A stretch of DNA of 46,905 bases, taken from the NCBI RefSeq assembly GCF_001194135.2, contig NC_068986.1:78955517-79002421 (forward strand). The letters are read 5' to 3'. Origin of the DNA: Octopus bimaculoides. Taxonomy: Eukaryota. The notes under the pieces are model-generated. The model had not been told where the DNA came from. It searched no databases and saw nothing but the letters and a program-made list of their open reading frames with translations. The position numbers and the translations under genes are program-made. The stretch's first letter is position 1; each line of letters starts with the position of its first letter. Positions 36,240 to 46,905 of this stretch are shown here, piece by piece.

Positions 36240-38213
36240 ATATATACATACATATATAAGTTATATAAGATATTTTCTTTCTTCGTTGTCTATCGTGAAT
36301 GTAATATTTATATCTCACATTCGTGAAATGAAATGACATTCGTAAATAGTAAGATAGTCAAAGGATTTTGTTATTTATTCATGACCATTTGTGTCTTATG
36401 TTCATGTCATACTGAAACCAATGTCACTTTTTACTCGATAAATTATGTAACAATGAAAACTGAGGGTCGAAATAAAAATATAAAAACTACTACTTTCAGC
36501 CAATGATGAAAATCAATATTATTCAAAGTTGTCATGCAAATTGATTTTCTAAACTTTCTTATAATCATTATTATAACCGCTAATTATGACGATAAATTCT
36601 CTTTATCTTTGTAGATTGTGACTCTTTACTATCTTTCTTTACAATGGCTGTTTGAAAGTACATTGCTTTGTTATATATTAGATTCTATAATCAACTTTCC
36701 TACGGAGACAAAGAAACTGTAATTTTCTATTTGCCTACTTATTTTAACTCAAGAAGAATAATGTTGTAATTGTTCATATTTCATGCATATCAAATTAAAT
36801 TCAGACTTGTAAACATCAACTATTAAGTCTATATATACTAATTGAAAGATGTTTAAATTTGTTTTTGTTATTTTTTTTCTTTCACAGCTGTGTTGTTCTT
36901 TGAAACTAACCTGTTCGAAGAAAACAGAAAATAAAACAGAAAAAGCGTAATTTTCTTATGTAAAATACCGTATTTCCATATAACGCGCTCATTTACCCAC
37001 CTTTATCTCTCTCCTACTCTCTTTGTCTCTCTCTCTCTCTCTCTCTCACTCTCTTTTCTTCTCTCTCTCTCTCTCTCTCTCGCCCCCCCCCCTCTGTATA
37101 CGTATTCGAATTATGCAACAGAAGCAGCTCTATAGTGAAAAACTTCAATATAGCATACTCATACTATCGATATACTATCAATATAACACGATGTATTTGC
37201 GTTGTTGAAAAGACAGGTTTTGCGATGTTCGTCCAGGAAAAATTCTTTTATACAGCTACTAGATTAACATATGCGACACAATTCAGAGCTACTTGAAACG
37301 AAATCTTCGCAAAATTGACTGCGGGAGCGAGAGATACGTAATTCGCCATGTTTGCGGCTTCTCAAAGTCATGTATTCGTGTGATTTCTGAAGCGAATTTG
37401 AATCAGCTAATCCGAATTATATAGAGATATTACATAAATTATACGTCAGTTTGCAAAAATGTCGCATTAGCAGAATAAATATGAAATACGCAATATAAGC
37501 AACTCTGAAGTAAACACTTTATTACTACACAATACTTAATGTTTGAGGGTAGCTGAAAAGCTAGAAACTGCGGTACTCATCCGCTCATCCGGGGAAAATA
37601 CTTTCATTGACGTTTTTCTGCTAAGATCTGAAGTATATTTTGCCTTTTAACTTAATGTGACTATGTACACACGTTCAAGCGGCACCAGACTCCCTAAATC
37701 CGTGGATCGCCATTTCAACTGCTTGTAGACTGCCACCCTGTCACTCACTCACTACCAGTGGATCATTTCAATGCAATTGACTGCCTTGACAAAGAAGATT
37801 CTTCCAACTAAGCACATCGCTCCCTCATAACATGAAAAATAATTTAAATTTCTACTTACCAGCCAACTTCTGACACGTCGTACCATAACATTTAGGATGA
37901 CTAATAACATTCCGCATCCATAGACAGTGAAAACTCATTCTTTATGTGTCCTACATTTCAGTCCAATATTCATTTAGAAAAGGAAAATGTAATCCGAGCG
38001 GTTATCACAGTCAGTATGCCTGTGAAGACTGGGTAACAGAGTGCATAGAAATGGGCATTTTTCCGTAAAGGAAATCATTCCATAGAAGCTGAAATGTCTG
38101 GTATGATTTGTTAGTTACGGACTGTATGTAATAAACTAAGTCCAAAAAAGGAAGTGTAGGCATGTTGCATTATAATTGTTTCAATAACGCATGTAATATT
38201 CGCTTCAAATTTC

Positions 38214-38399
38214 GGCACACTACCAGCAATTTTAGGGTTGGGGTAGTCGATTACATCATCTTCAGTGCTTAGCTGATACTTAGTTTATCGGCTACGAAAG
38301 GATGAAAGGCGAAGTCGAACCTCAGTATGTAAAGTCAGAATAAATGACGCTAAGCATGTTCACCGGCGTGTTAACGATTCTGCTAGCACACCGCCTTAA
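38214..38399 (-). mobile_element. Family A SINE, near full length
   Basis: tagtcgattacatc...tttatcggctacgaaaggatgaaaggcgaagtcga...acgattctgctagcacaccgcctt. Confidence 0.8.
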
Positions 38400-38610
38400 C
38401 AAGGCATGTAATTAAAAAAAAAGAAAAAACATATTCATGCCATACATGCTCATCTCGTCAGACATAACCATCCTTGTATCTCGGATGTATCTGAATCATG
38501 TATTGAGTGTAAATGAGTGTGGAAATTGTTCTCAAATTTATGTTATATTTTGTTGTGTCTGGGAATCCCGAAACGAAATTATTTTATATTCATATACAGC
38601 TTATTATAAT

Positions 38611-38694
38611 GACCTACACGCGTTTCCGATGCAGCGTCGACTCACTGTTGCATATGCAACCTTGCATTATAGCCGGTGCAGCTTCTTTAGGGTC
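38611..38694 (-). ncRNA. Putative type I hammerhead ribozyme, copy 3 (core G5>A, probably inactive)
   Basis: Minus strand gacc-CTAAAGA-a-GCTGCA...TGCATC-g-GAAA-cgcgt-GTA-ggtc. Stem I is a perfect 4 bp; stem III ACGCGUGU is self-complementary with G.U pairs; 84 nt. Confidence 0.65.
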
Positions 38695-38774
38695 CGTCCA
38701 TTTGTTCACCCTCGAAGTGTGTATATATGTATACGTATATATATATATATATATATATATATNNNNNNNNNNAC

Positions 38775-38940
38775 TGGCGGTCCGTCTCAGGATTGCTCAT
38801 TTTTCCCAACTAAGTGGACTGGAGCAACGAAATGAAGTGTTTTACTTCAGAATACAATGCATTGTCCGGCCCACGAATCGAAAAAAAAAATCGTGTGATT
38901 ATGAGACCAGCATCCCAACCACACAGCCATGCACCTCCGC
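38775..38940 (-). mobile_element. tRNA-derived SINE (family D), partial
   Basis: Minus strand ggaggtgcatggctgtgtggttgggatgctgg head and cgattcgtgggccgg B-box-like; body gtggactggagcaacgaaatgaagtg. Confidence 0.6.
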
Positions 38941-39024
38941 ACACGCACAGACACGTATGTGTATATGCAAAATCAAAACCATGCGTATAAAATCACAAAT
39001 CTGATTCAGATCTTCTTACCATTA

Positions 39025-39225
39025 TCATTATTATTATTATTATTATTATTATTGAGTGAGCGAGCAGTGCATGGCATCAATGTCACACTGGGATAAAATA
39101 TACCAAGCCCAGTATGCCCATCATGACTGTCGGTCAAAGTATGCACCGCACACTTCGAGATACCGAATTCCTTCCCTATATCTTTGATGCACATTTGCAC
39201 AGTCTCAACCAGACTCTCCATTCTA
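39025..39225 (-). mobile_element. R4/Dong-like LINE fragment: RT piece joined to a putative 3' end with (TAA)n tail
   Basis: ORF 39006-39221 begins MESLVETVQMCIKDIGKEFGISKCAV, resembling the post-YMDD 'L..TV..FS.DIGM.FG..KCA' motif; followed by (TAA)n on the minus strand. Confidence 0.6.
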
Positions 39226-40164
39226 GGCGCTTATTATTATTATCATTATCCTCATCATTATTATTAGGATTATTATTATCATTATTATTATAATTATTAC
39301 TATTATCCTTATCATTATTTTTGTCGAATTTTCTCATATCCGTAATTGCATTTGATACTTGCTTCCGAACATTAACGTTTAAAGTTATTCGGTATATCGC
39401 TCTTTCTAGACATTCCCGGATGTACCGTATTACTGAAGTGGTTACTAATGGCGTTTGTTATTGCAGTTAAAATGTCGGCAAGAATTATTGGAATGATGCT
39501 GCGTGAATGATGATGTTGTTATTGTCGGATAGAAAATTGTTTACTTGGTCTGGCTTTTGTTGTTAGAATTCGTTATTTCTATGTTAAGCTTTGCGTTTTA
39601 TTTTCCTATCGATATAGATTCTATGATTAAACAGCACGTCTATTTTTCTTTCTGTTTATACTTTTTTTATAATGAATTCTATAAATAATTATTGCCTGGT
39701 GTGTTTTGTAATGTATCAACGGTTCCTTGCTATAAATGCTTGATCAGCAAAGCAAGTGTGTGATATTTGTAACAAAAATGTCATGAAGTTTACAAATATC
39801 GTGCTTGCATATGGATTTATTAATTATATTGCTCATCTGAAGTTTATTCAGTGGTTTCAAAGCCTGCGGTTTTTTTGTTGCTGGAGAGGTATGCTAATAA
39901 TTATTTGGGTGTTTGTTATATATTATTAATATTCGTTTATTATTAGCTGCGATGCATATAGCGTTCTGTTTGCTGTGAGTTATTTTTGTATATACGTTGT
40001 GTTAATTGCACTTATGCTGAGAGAGGCAAATTATGATATACATATATGAAGCGGGGGAGGATACATATCCATATCTACTCGCACCCATACCTCTAGATGT
40101 ATATGTATGGGTATATATCTATAACTTTATATGTATATATGCATGCTTATGTATGTATACATAG

Positions 40165-40312
40165 TTTTGCTTCTCAAAATCGTAGTTTCGGATTCAATAT
40201 CATTGCGTGGCACATTGGGCAAGTGTCTTGTACCATAGTTCCAAGCCGACTAAGGCCTCGCGAAGGAATTAGGTAGAGGGAAACTGACAGAAGCCCATCG
40301 AATATAAGTTTT
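40165..40312 (+). mobile_element. Family B CORE-type SINE fragment
   Basis: gtttcggattcaat...tgcgtggcacattgggcaagtgtctt...gccgactaaggcc...ggaaactgacagaagccc. Confidence 0.72.
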
Positions 40313-40551
40313 CCCGTGTCGTACCCACCCTCGTATCCTGTACAGCTTATTACTATACCCAGTCTCCATTTTGTTATTTTTCTATGACTGCGATCTTAAA
40401 GCTAACATATCTTATTGAAACAAACATTTCCAACACAATAATTTTATTTTGCTTTTCGATTCACTTCAGTATTTACCGCCAGTTTGCGTTCTAATGACTT
40501 TCTGAGTGTTATGCGTTATGACTAGATTAAAATCATATTAAAATGTGCGTT

Positions 40552-40552
<1 letters not shown>

Positions 40553-40624
<72 letters not shown>
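40553..40624. repeat. (TG)n microsatellite (also (CA)n at 43685-43743)
   Basis: Direct reading. Confidence 0.95.
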
Positions 40625-40793
40625 NNNNNNNNNNNNNNNNNNNNNNNNNNNNNNNNNNNNNNNNNNNNNNNNNNNNNNNNNNNNNNNNNNNNNNNNNNNN
40701 NNNNNNNNNNNNNNNNNNNNNNNNNNNNNNNNNNNNNNNNNNNNNNNNNNNNNNNNNNNNNNNNNNNNNNNNNNNNNNNNNNNNNNNNNNNNN

Positions 40794-41887
40794 CATTTAA
40801 ACTAGTTAAATATTATTTTACAGAATAATAGAAGTAATTTTTTTTCGATTAAAACCCTTTCTAACACGGAAGTATCCAAATAGCATTTGAGGTATATAAT
40901 GCCTTATGAGTACAAAAAAGGAAACTCTGCAGCCGAAGCGACTCGAAACATACACTCAGTTTATGGGAAAGAATGCTTGAATGAAAGAACATGCAGAAGA
41001 TGGTTTGCAAAATTCAGAAGTGGAGATTTCAACCTTGAAAATGAAGATCGAACACGACGTCCAGTTGAGATTGATGATAAGCTCCTTGAGGCATTACTTG
41101 AAGAAAATCCTGCATTATCAGTTGAAGAATTGGCAATAAAGCTTAGTTCAAACCATACAACTGTTCATCATCATCTTGAACAACTTGGAAAAGTTCCTAA
41201 AATTTGAAAATGGGTGCCTCATGAATTGTCCGAAAGTAACTGCAAGTCCCGGGTTGACACCTGCTCTTCTCACCATTCTCACAATCTCATTTCACCCTTT
41301 TTGGATAGACTTGTGACTGGTGATGGAAATTGGATCTTCTATCGAAATGCTAAACGTTGTAAACAGTGGCTTATTAAAAGGGAAAAAAACTCAACCACAA
41401 CCGAGAAGGGAACTTCATGGGAAAAAGGGTCTTCTTTGTATCTGGTTGGATTGCAAAGGAATAAGTCACTTTGAATTGTTACCACGTAATGCAACGATCA
41501 ATGCTCAATTCTACTGTCAGCAATTAAAGCGTTTGAACCAAGCTTTGAAGAAAAAAGGACCTGCTTTAGTGAATCGAAAAGGAGTGATGTTTCATCAGGA
41601 CAATGTGCGACCCCACACTGCAAAGATTACATCACAGAAGATCGAAGAGCTTGGTTGGGAAAAAATTCTCCATCCACCTTATTCTCCCGACCTTGCTCCT
41701 TCAGACTACCATTTGTTTCGTAATTTACAGAATCATTTGGGGGACATAATTTTCGCAAGCTAGGAGGAGGTCGAAACTGACATTTCAGAGTTCTTCGCTT
41801 TGAAACCAAAAGAGATTTCCATTGATGAGATTAAAAAGCTTTTAAATAGATGACAGGGAGTCATAGATGATCAGGGAAAGTGCATTG
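40794..41887 (+). mobile_element. Mariner DNA transposon (D34D), both ends lost in gaps
   Basis: Near-complete transposase coding region between two N-runs; TIRs not visible. Confidence 0.93.
40866..41887 (+). pseudogene. Mariner transposase pseudogene
   Basis: YEYKKGNSAAEA...WFAKFRSGD (HTH), WVPHEL linker, LVTGDGNW (TGDEKW), HQDNVRPH and YSPDLAPSDYHLF with D34D spacing. The start appears mutated (ACG at 40866), with in-frame stops and a frameshift near 41380. Confidence 0.93.
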
Positions 41888-42876
41888 NNNNNNNNNNNNN
41901 NNNNNNNNNNNNNNNNNNNNNNNNNNNNNNNNNNNNNNNNNNNNNNNNNNNNNNNNNNNNNNNNNNNNNNNNNNNNNNNNNNNNNNNNNNNNNNNNNNNN
42001 NNNNNNNNNNNNNNNNNNNNNNNNNNNNNNNNNNNNNNNNNNNNNNNNNNNNNNNNNNNNNNNNNNNNNNNNNNNNNNNNNNNNNNNNNNNNNNNNNNNN
42101 NNNNNNNNNNNNNNNNNNNNNNNNNNNNNNNNNNNNNNNNNNNNNNNNNNNNNNNNNNNNNNNNNNNNNNNNNNNNNNNNNNNNNNNNNNNNNNNNNNNN
42201 NNNNNNNNNNNNNNNNNNNNNNNNNNNNNNNNNNNNNNNNNNNNNNNNNNNNNNNNNNNNNNNNNNNNNNNNNNNNNNNNNNNNNNNNNNNNNNNNNNNN
42301 NNNNNNNNNNNNNNNNNNNNNNNNNNNNNNNNNNNNNNNNNNNNNNNNNNNNNNNNNNNNNNNNNNNNNNNNNNNNNNNNNNNNNNNNNNNNNNNNNNNN
42401 NNNNNNNNNNNNNNNNNNNNNNNNNNNNNNNNNNNNNNNNNNNNNNNNNNNNNNNNNNNNNNNNNNNNNNNNNNNNNNNNNNNNNNNNNNNNNNNNNNNN
42501 NNNNNNNNNNNNNNNNNNNNNNNNNNNNNNNNNNNNNNNNNNNNNNNNNNNNNNNNNNNNNNNNNNNNNNNNNNNNNNNNNNNNNNNNNNNNNNNNNNNN
42601 NNNNNNNNNNNNNNNNNNNNNNNNNNNNNNNNNNNNNNNNNNNNNNNNNNNNNNNNNNNNNNNNNNNNNNNNNNNNNNNNNNNNNNNNNNNNNNNNNNNN
42701 NNNNNNNNNNNNNNNNNNNNNNNNNNNNNNNNNNNNNNNNNNNNNNNNNNNNNNNNNNNNNNNNNNNNNNNNNNNNNNNNNNNNNNNNNNNNNNNNNNNN
42801 NNNNNNNNNNNNNNNNNNNNNNNNNNNNNNNNNNNNNNNNNNNNNNNNNNNNNNNNNNNNNNNNNNNNNNNNNNNN

Positions 42877-42911
<35 letters not shown>

Positions 42912-43334
42912 ATATGTATGTATGCATGTATGTATGTATGTATGTATGTATGCACATTTATCAATTTATTGTTTTGTAATAGCAAACCATTTTTGTTTTG
43001 TATATTTAGAAATAGGTCATTCATGCTCTATTTCCATTGTTTTACTTTAATAAGAATTGTTGGGTTGTAACATTGAAGCAGTAATGTGGATTGCATGTCT
43101 TTACTTTCTCAAGTCTTTCTTATCTGTCCCATTCACTGTTCTTTTTTGTTTTATTTATGTAGTTATATGTACCGCTTCTACTGTTCTTTCTCTTAATTTC
43201 TCCTCTTTTTCTTCCATTGTATTCGTGCTTTTATTTTATTTATGTTATGTTATGACCGGACAAAACTTATATTCGTTATCTATTCACTTTCATATGTTCA
43301 TGCTGAAATATTGCTTTGAATGATTTAATAGAAT

Positions 43335-43570
43335 AAATTGACAAGAACCGCTATGTTGCAGGAAAGTACACAAACCATCACTAGCTGTCAGCCGATGGTG
43401 TGGGGACAAACAAAAATCCAAAGAAGTACATACGCATAGATACGTATGCACACTCATATATATGTATACGATGGGCTTTCACATACTTTCCGTTCACTAA
43501 ATTCACTCACAAGGCACTGGTCATCACGGGGCTGTAACATATGATGTTTACTCAAAGCACCGTGCTGACT
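43335..43570 (-). mobile_element. Composite family B SINE, degenerate
   Basis: atacgatgggctt...tttccgttcactaaattcactcacaaggc matches 8564-8615; tail-like gccgatggtgtggggacaaac upstream. Confidence 0.55.
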
Positions 43571-43682
43571 CCGTGCAAGCCTAGTAGGTGTGCCGATTTA
43601 GTTGCCGACGACACGATCATGCAACAGGCTGTATCTGGATTCCATGTTGCCAGTAACATTCATGAGAGAGCGCACAAGTGAG

Positions 43683-43743
<61 letters not shown>

Positions 43744-44235
43744 NNNNNNNNNNNNNNNNNNNNNNNNNNNNNNNNNNNNNNNNNNNNNNNNNNNNNNNNN
43801 NNNNNNNNNNNNNNNNNNNNNNNNNNNNNNNNNNNNNNNNNNNNNNNNNNNNNNNNNNNNNNNNNNNNNNNNNNNNNNNNNNNNNNNNNNNNNNNNNNNN
43901 NNNNNNNNNNNNNNNNNNNNNNNNNNNNNNNNNNNNNNNNNNNNNNNNNNNNNNNNNNNNNNNNNNNTATATATATATATATATATCGTTGCTATTACGT
44001 TAAACAGCCGCATGTCGAAATTTGTCCAAATAAGTTGTTTTTTTTCAATATTTATTTTTGCTTGCAACAGCCGGTTCTTTTCTTCAAACTATCGTATCGC
44101 CTCAGATGCCACGATATAAAAAATTGTCAAAGTGTAGTACAACAGTTTTGCTATGGAATGGTGAAACTATTTTTTCGTTTACTGAAAAATCAACGTTCTG
44201 GACTTACGACAATTTTACATATCAACGATATATAT

Positions 44236-46611
44236 AAACTTAGATAAACTTAGATATGTTTCGACCAAAGATTGGCCCAGGCCATGTCTAACTTAATAGC
44301 ACCGCCTGATAGGATTACCTAAATGCTTTTTAAGTCAAGTTTTGTTTATGGTCCATTCAAGTAGTGAGTTCTTGCTGTGTGAGCTGTATCCAGGTATGGG
44401 TGGCTTATCTGGTATTCCTTGAAGAAATCTGTCTAGACTCCGTTTAAAGCTGATAGGATCCTTTTCCTCTTTATCTGTTTTGTGACAATATTACATAGTG
44501 CAGGGCCTGTTGCCGAAAAGAAATTATGTCGCAGTGTACCTATATGTTGTGATCCTGAATTGGGCAGGGGACGTATGGCCCGTGGTCCCAGCCTTGGACG
44601 AACCTTGAAACTAATGTTCAGGTCGTTTGGGCAATGCTGGGGTTATATTCTCCACATCGTACAGATGATGTACCGCTCGCGGCGGCGCTGGAGAGAGTAG
44701 TTTCAAGGCTTTAAGGTAGTCCCAGTAATCGAGATCAGTCATGCCTTCAATTCATTTAGTGAGTACCCTCAAGGGTGATTCAACCCTGGAGATGTTTTGT
44801 TTGTATGGGGAGACCACATGGGGTATCAGTATTCGAGGTGTGGCCGTACAAAGGAGGAGGAAAGTGGAAGGATGACACCTTGTTCCCTGAACCGGAAGGT
44901 TTTTAAGATCCAGGAGCTCATCCTACAAACTATATTGATCTTATTGTTGATGTGGGCACTCCAATTGAGATTGTTATCAACAATTACACCCAGATCTCTG
45001 ATATTTTTGGATGTCGTGTGCGGTTCCCCTGAAGTAAGAGAGTATGACTGTCTTAATATAGACTTTCTTCCAAAATGCATCAGCTCAAAATTTCCCTCAT
45101 TCAGTTGCATTTTGTTTTTGTTTGCCCATTGACTCACAGCATATAGATCAGACTGGAATTAGGTTTGGTCTTCTTCTTCATTGATGATTTGTTGGAGCTT
45201 ACTATCATCAGCTAATATTTTCACTTTGCAGTGATTTATGATGCTAGAAAGGTCATTTATGTAAATTATAAAGAGGAGCGGGCCCAAGACAGTCCCCTGA
45301 GGGACACCAGTGGTGACTTTTGCTAGGCCTAAGTGGACTCCATCGACCAAAGCGTCTTGTGTTCTATTCTCCAGGAAATGTTTAATCCATAGTAGAAGTT
45401 TTCCACGGATTCCAACATTTGCCAATTTTGAGAGTAAGGTATTATGGTCAACCCTGTCGAACGCTTTACTGAAGTCAAGATATATGACATAAGAGTTCAA
45501 ACCTGTTCCCAAGGCTTTAAGTATATCTTCAATGTGGTATAAGAGCTGTGTTAGACAGTCTCTGCCACCGCGAAAGCCATGCTGGTTTACATTTAGGAGT
45601 TGATGGGTCTCAAGGAAGTCAGCTATCCTTGATCTTACCACCCTTTCAAACACTTTAATGATGTGGGGGCTGAGTGAGATTGGGCGATAGTTGACTGCGA
45701 GGGATCTGTTTCCCTGTCTGAAAACCGGGATGACAGACTGGGATAGGAGCTGCTCCAGTATATAACCAGAGTCTAAAGAGTTTCTCCAGAGGTTGGTCAG
45801 AGGGACTGCAAGTTGGTGTCTACAATCCTTCAGGAGACTTGCGGGGAATCTATCAGGGCCTACAGCAGAATAGTATTTGACCTCATTTATTGCTGCTTTG
45901 ATGTCTGAGGCAGTGAAGGTTATATCCGAGATTTTATATTGGGAATTAACTTCATTTACTTCACTTACGTCAATATCAGTGGGATCACTAAAGACAGAGC
46001 CATATTGTTTCTGCAGTCTTTCTGCAGTATTTCTGCCATTTCTTTAGCATCGTGTTGGGGAATGCCGTTATCATCAATCAATGGCCCAATGGGTGAGACA
46101 ACGGTTCTATTCTTATTTGCATAAAAATAGAACACTTTTGGTTTCCGTTTGATGTTTTTGATTACCCACTGTTCCTCCGCAGTTCTTTGATTTTCAATGG
46201 AAGTTTTCATGTCGGTCTGCAGATGAAGTTTTTCCAACTCCAACCTTTTCATTGTTGTTGAATGTGGCTGTTGTGTGTGGAGTCAGGAAAAATGTATCCA
46301 TTAGATTAAAGAGTAATTCTACTGCTGCTTTATCTAATGTAGAGCACCTGCCTAACTTCAGAGTATTTGTGGGCCAGTTTATATGAGGGAGGTTAAAATC
46401 ACCCATCACTAGTATGTTTCAAGAGTTGTATTTTTGAAGAAAGGACTTGATTTTGTTGAGGCACTCTTCAAAGCACTGTAGAGGTGCTTGGGGAGGCCTG
46501 TAAAGACCAACAATGATTATGTATTCGGCCTTGTTGAATAGTGATATAGATTCACAATAGCATTTGGAAAATATGTCCTTGGCATCAACTGAAACGGAGT
46601 CATGGAGAAAG
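44236..46611 (-). mobile_element. CR1-like LINE (APE endonuclease part + RT + 3' end), degenerate, with internal deletion
   Basis: GLYRPP and MGDFNLPHINW (APE); NQHGFRGGRDCLTQL, YLDFSKAFDRVDH, GVPQGTVLGPLLFIIYINDL, LADDSK (RT); KNIRDLGVIVDNNLNWSAHI and FVRPHLEY; short tandem 3' tail (aaacttagat)x2 at ~44237-44256. Confidence 0.92.
45159..45653 (-). pseudogene. CR1-like reverse transcriptase core fragment
   Basis: RT motifs listed above within one 164-aa open stretch; flanking segments are in other frames. Confidence 0.9.
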
Positions 46612-46884
46612 ATTCTTTTCTAATGAATTTGATGGGATATAAGTTTCCTGTTTTGTCCGAAAGCACATGTAACTTGGGGGAATTAGAAATTCTTTTTATG
46701 GTTTGTGAGAGCTTTTTTTGAAAGTTAGAATTGGACTTAGAGAATTTAAAGTTTTTTATTAAGTTAATCATGTCCGTTTCAAATTTTTCAAGGTGAGGGT
46801 TATATGGAGGATTATCATATGATGTGAGATTGAATTTACTGGTACTTGAGTCGTTTCTATATATCAAATTCATTAGAAAAGAAT
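46612..46884. repeat. Perfect 22-bp inverted repeat flanking the PLE fragment
   Basis: attcttttctaatgaatttgat (46612-46633) is the exact reverse complement of atcaaattcattagaaaagaat (46863-46884). Confidence 0.95.
46634..46873 (-). mobile_element. Penelope-like element RT N-terminal fragment (DKT motif)
   Basis: PPYNPHLEKFETDMINLIKNFKFSKSNSNFQKKLSQTIKRISNSPKLHVLSDKTGNLY resembles the PLE pre-RT region 'FE.DL..LI..IKF....N.FQ.KL..DI..I..S..L.V.ADKT.N.Y' (recalled pattern, not searched). Confidence 0.65.
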
Positions 46885-46905
46885 TAAATAGATCCTACAA
46901 GTTGG

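Noticed and set aside
37855-37950. Minus-strand donor CTG|gtaagt with MVRRVRSWL, apparently similar to the 11452 and 25880 donor regions
   Set aside because: Similarity is limited to a few short words next to a generic donor consensus; homology cannot be supported.
9650-38720. Reading the 84-nt family on the opposite strand as paralogous coding exons (acag|xx-YYHDLRVFPLQ...CSFFR; open frame in all three copies after an acceptor-like acag)
   Set aside because: Donor sites are not conserved in position or phase, many substitutions are non-synonymous, no protein family is recognisable, and no partner exons exist. A fourth inverted half copy is present, and the conserved blocks coincide with hammerhead core and stems. 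Not fully excluded; RNA-seq would decide.
41842-43070. Long ORFs spanning gaps, and the many YIYI/CVCV/THTH/LSLS ORFs elsewhere
   Set aside because: They are open only because of N-runs or dinucleotide/tetranucleotide repeats.

Overview
AT-rich, microsatellite-dense eukaryotic DNA from a gapped short-read assembly. The SINE/LINE repertoire is most consistent with an octopus (coleoid cephalopod) genome; this is inferred from recalled repeat families, not from a search. No host protein-coding gene can be called with confidence, and most listed ORFs are artefacts of N-runs or microsatellites. The window is a transposon graveyard. It holds two degenerate mariner (D34D) elements, one full-length with TIRs and TA target-site duplication, plus CR1-like, RTE-like and R4/Dong-like LINE remnants. 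It also holds a Penelope-like (DKT-motif) RT fragment at the right end, two hAT-like MITEs, and many tRNA-derived SINEs, including a ~1.9 kb head-to-tail array. The main unexplained signal is a dispersed family of ~130-bp elements at 9676-9759 (+), 35289-35372 (-) and 38611-38694 (-), with an inverted half copy at ~9514-9570. Their conserved blocks match a type I hammerhead ribozyme: stem I, CUGANGA, stem II, GAAA, a 2-bp (partly palindromic) stem III, GUA cleavage triplet, stem I. All three are exactly 84 nt and share a non-canonical A.G at 10.1/11.1. This resembles the minimal, dimer-dependent hammerheads of Penelope-like elements and retrozymes.
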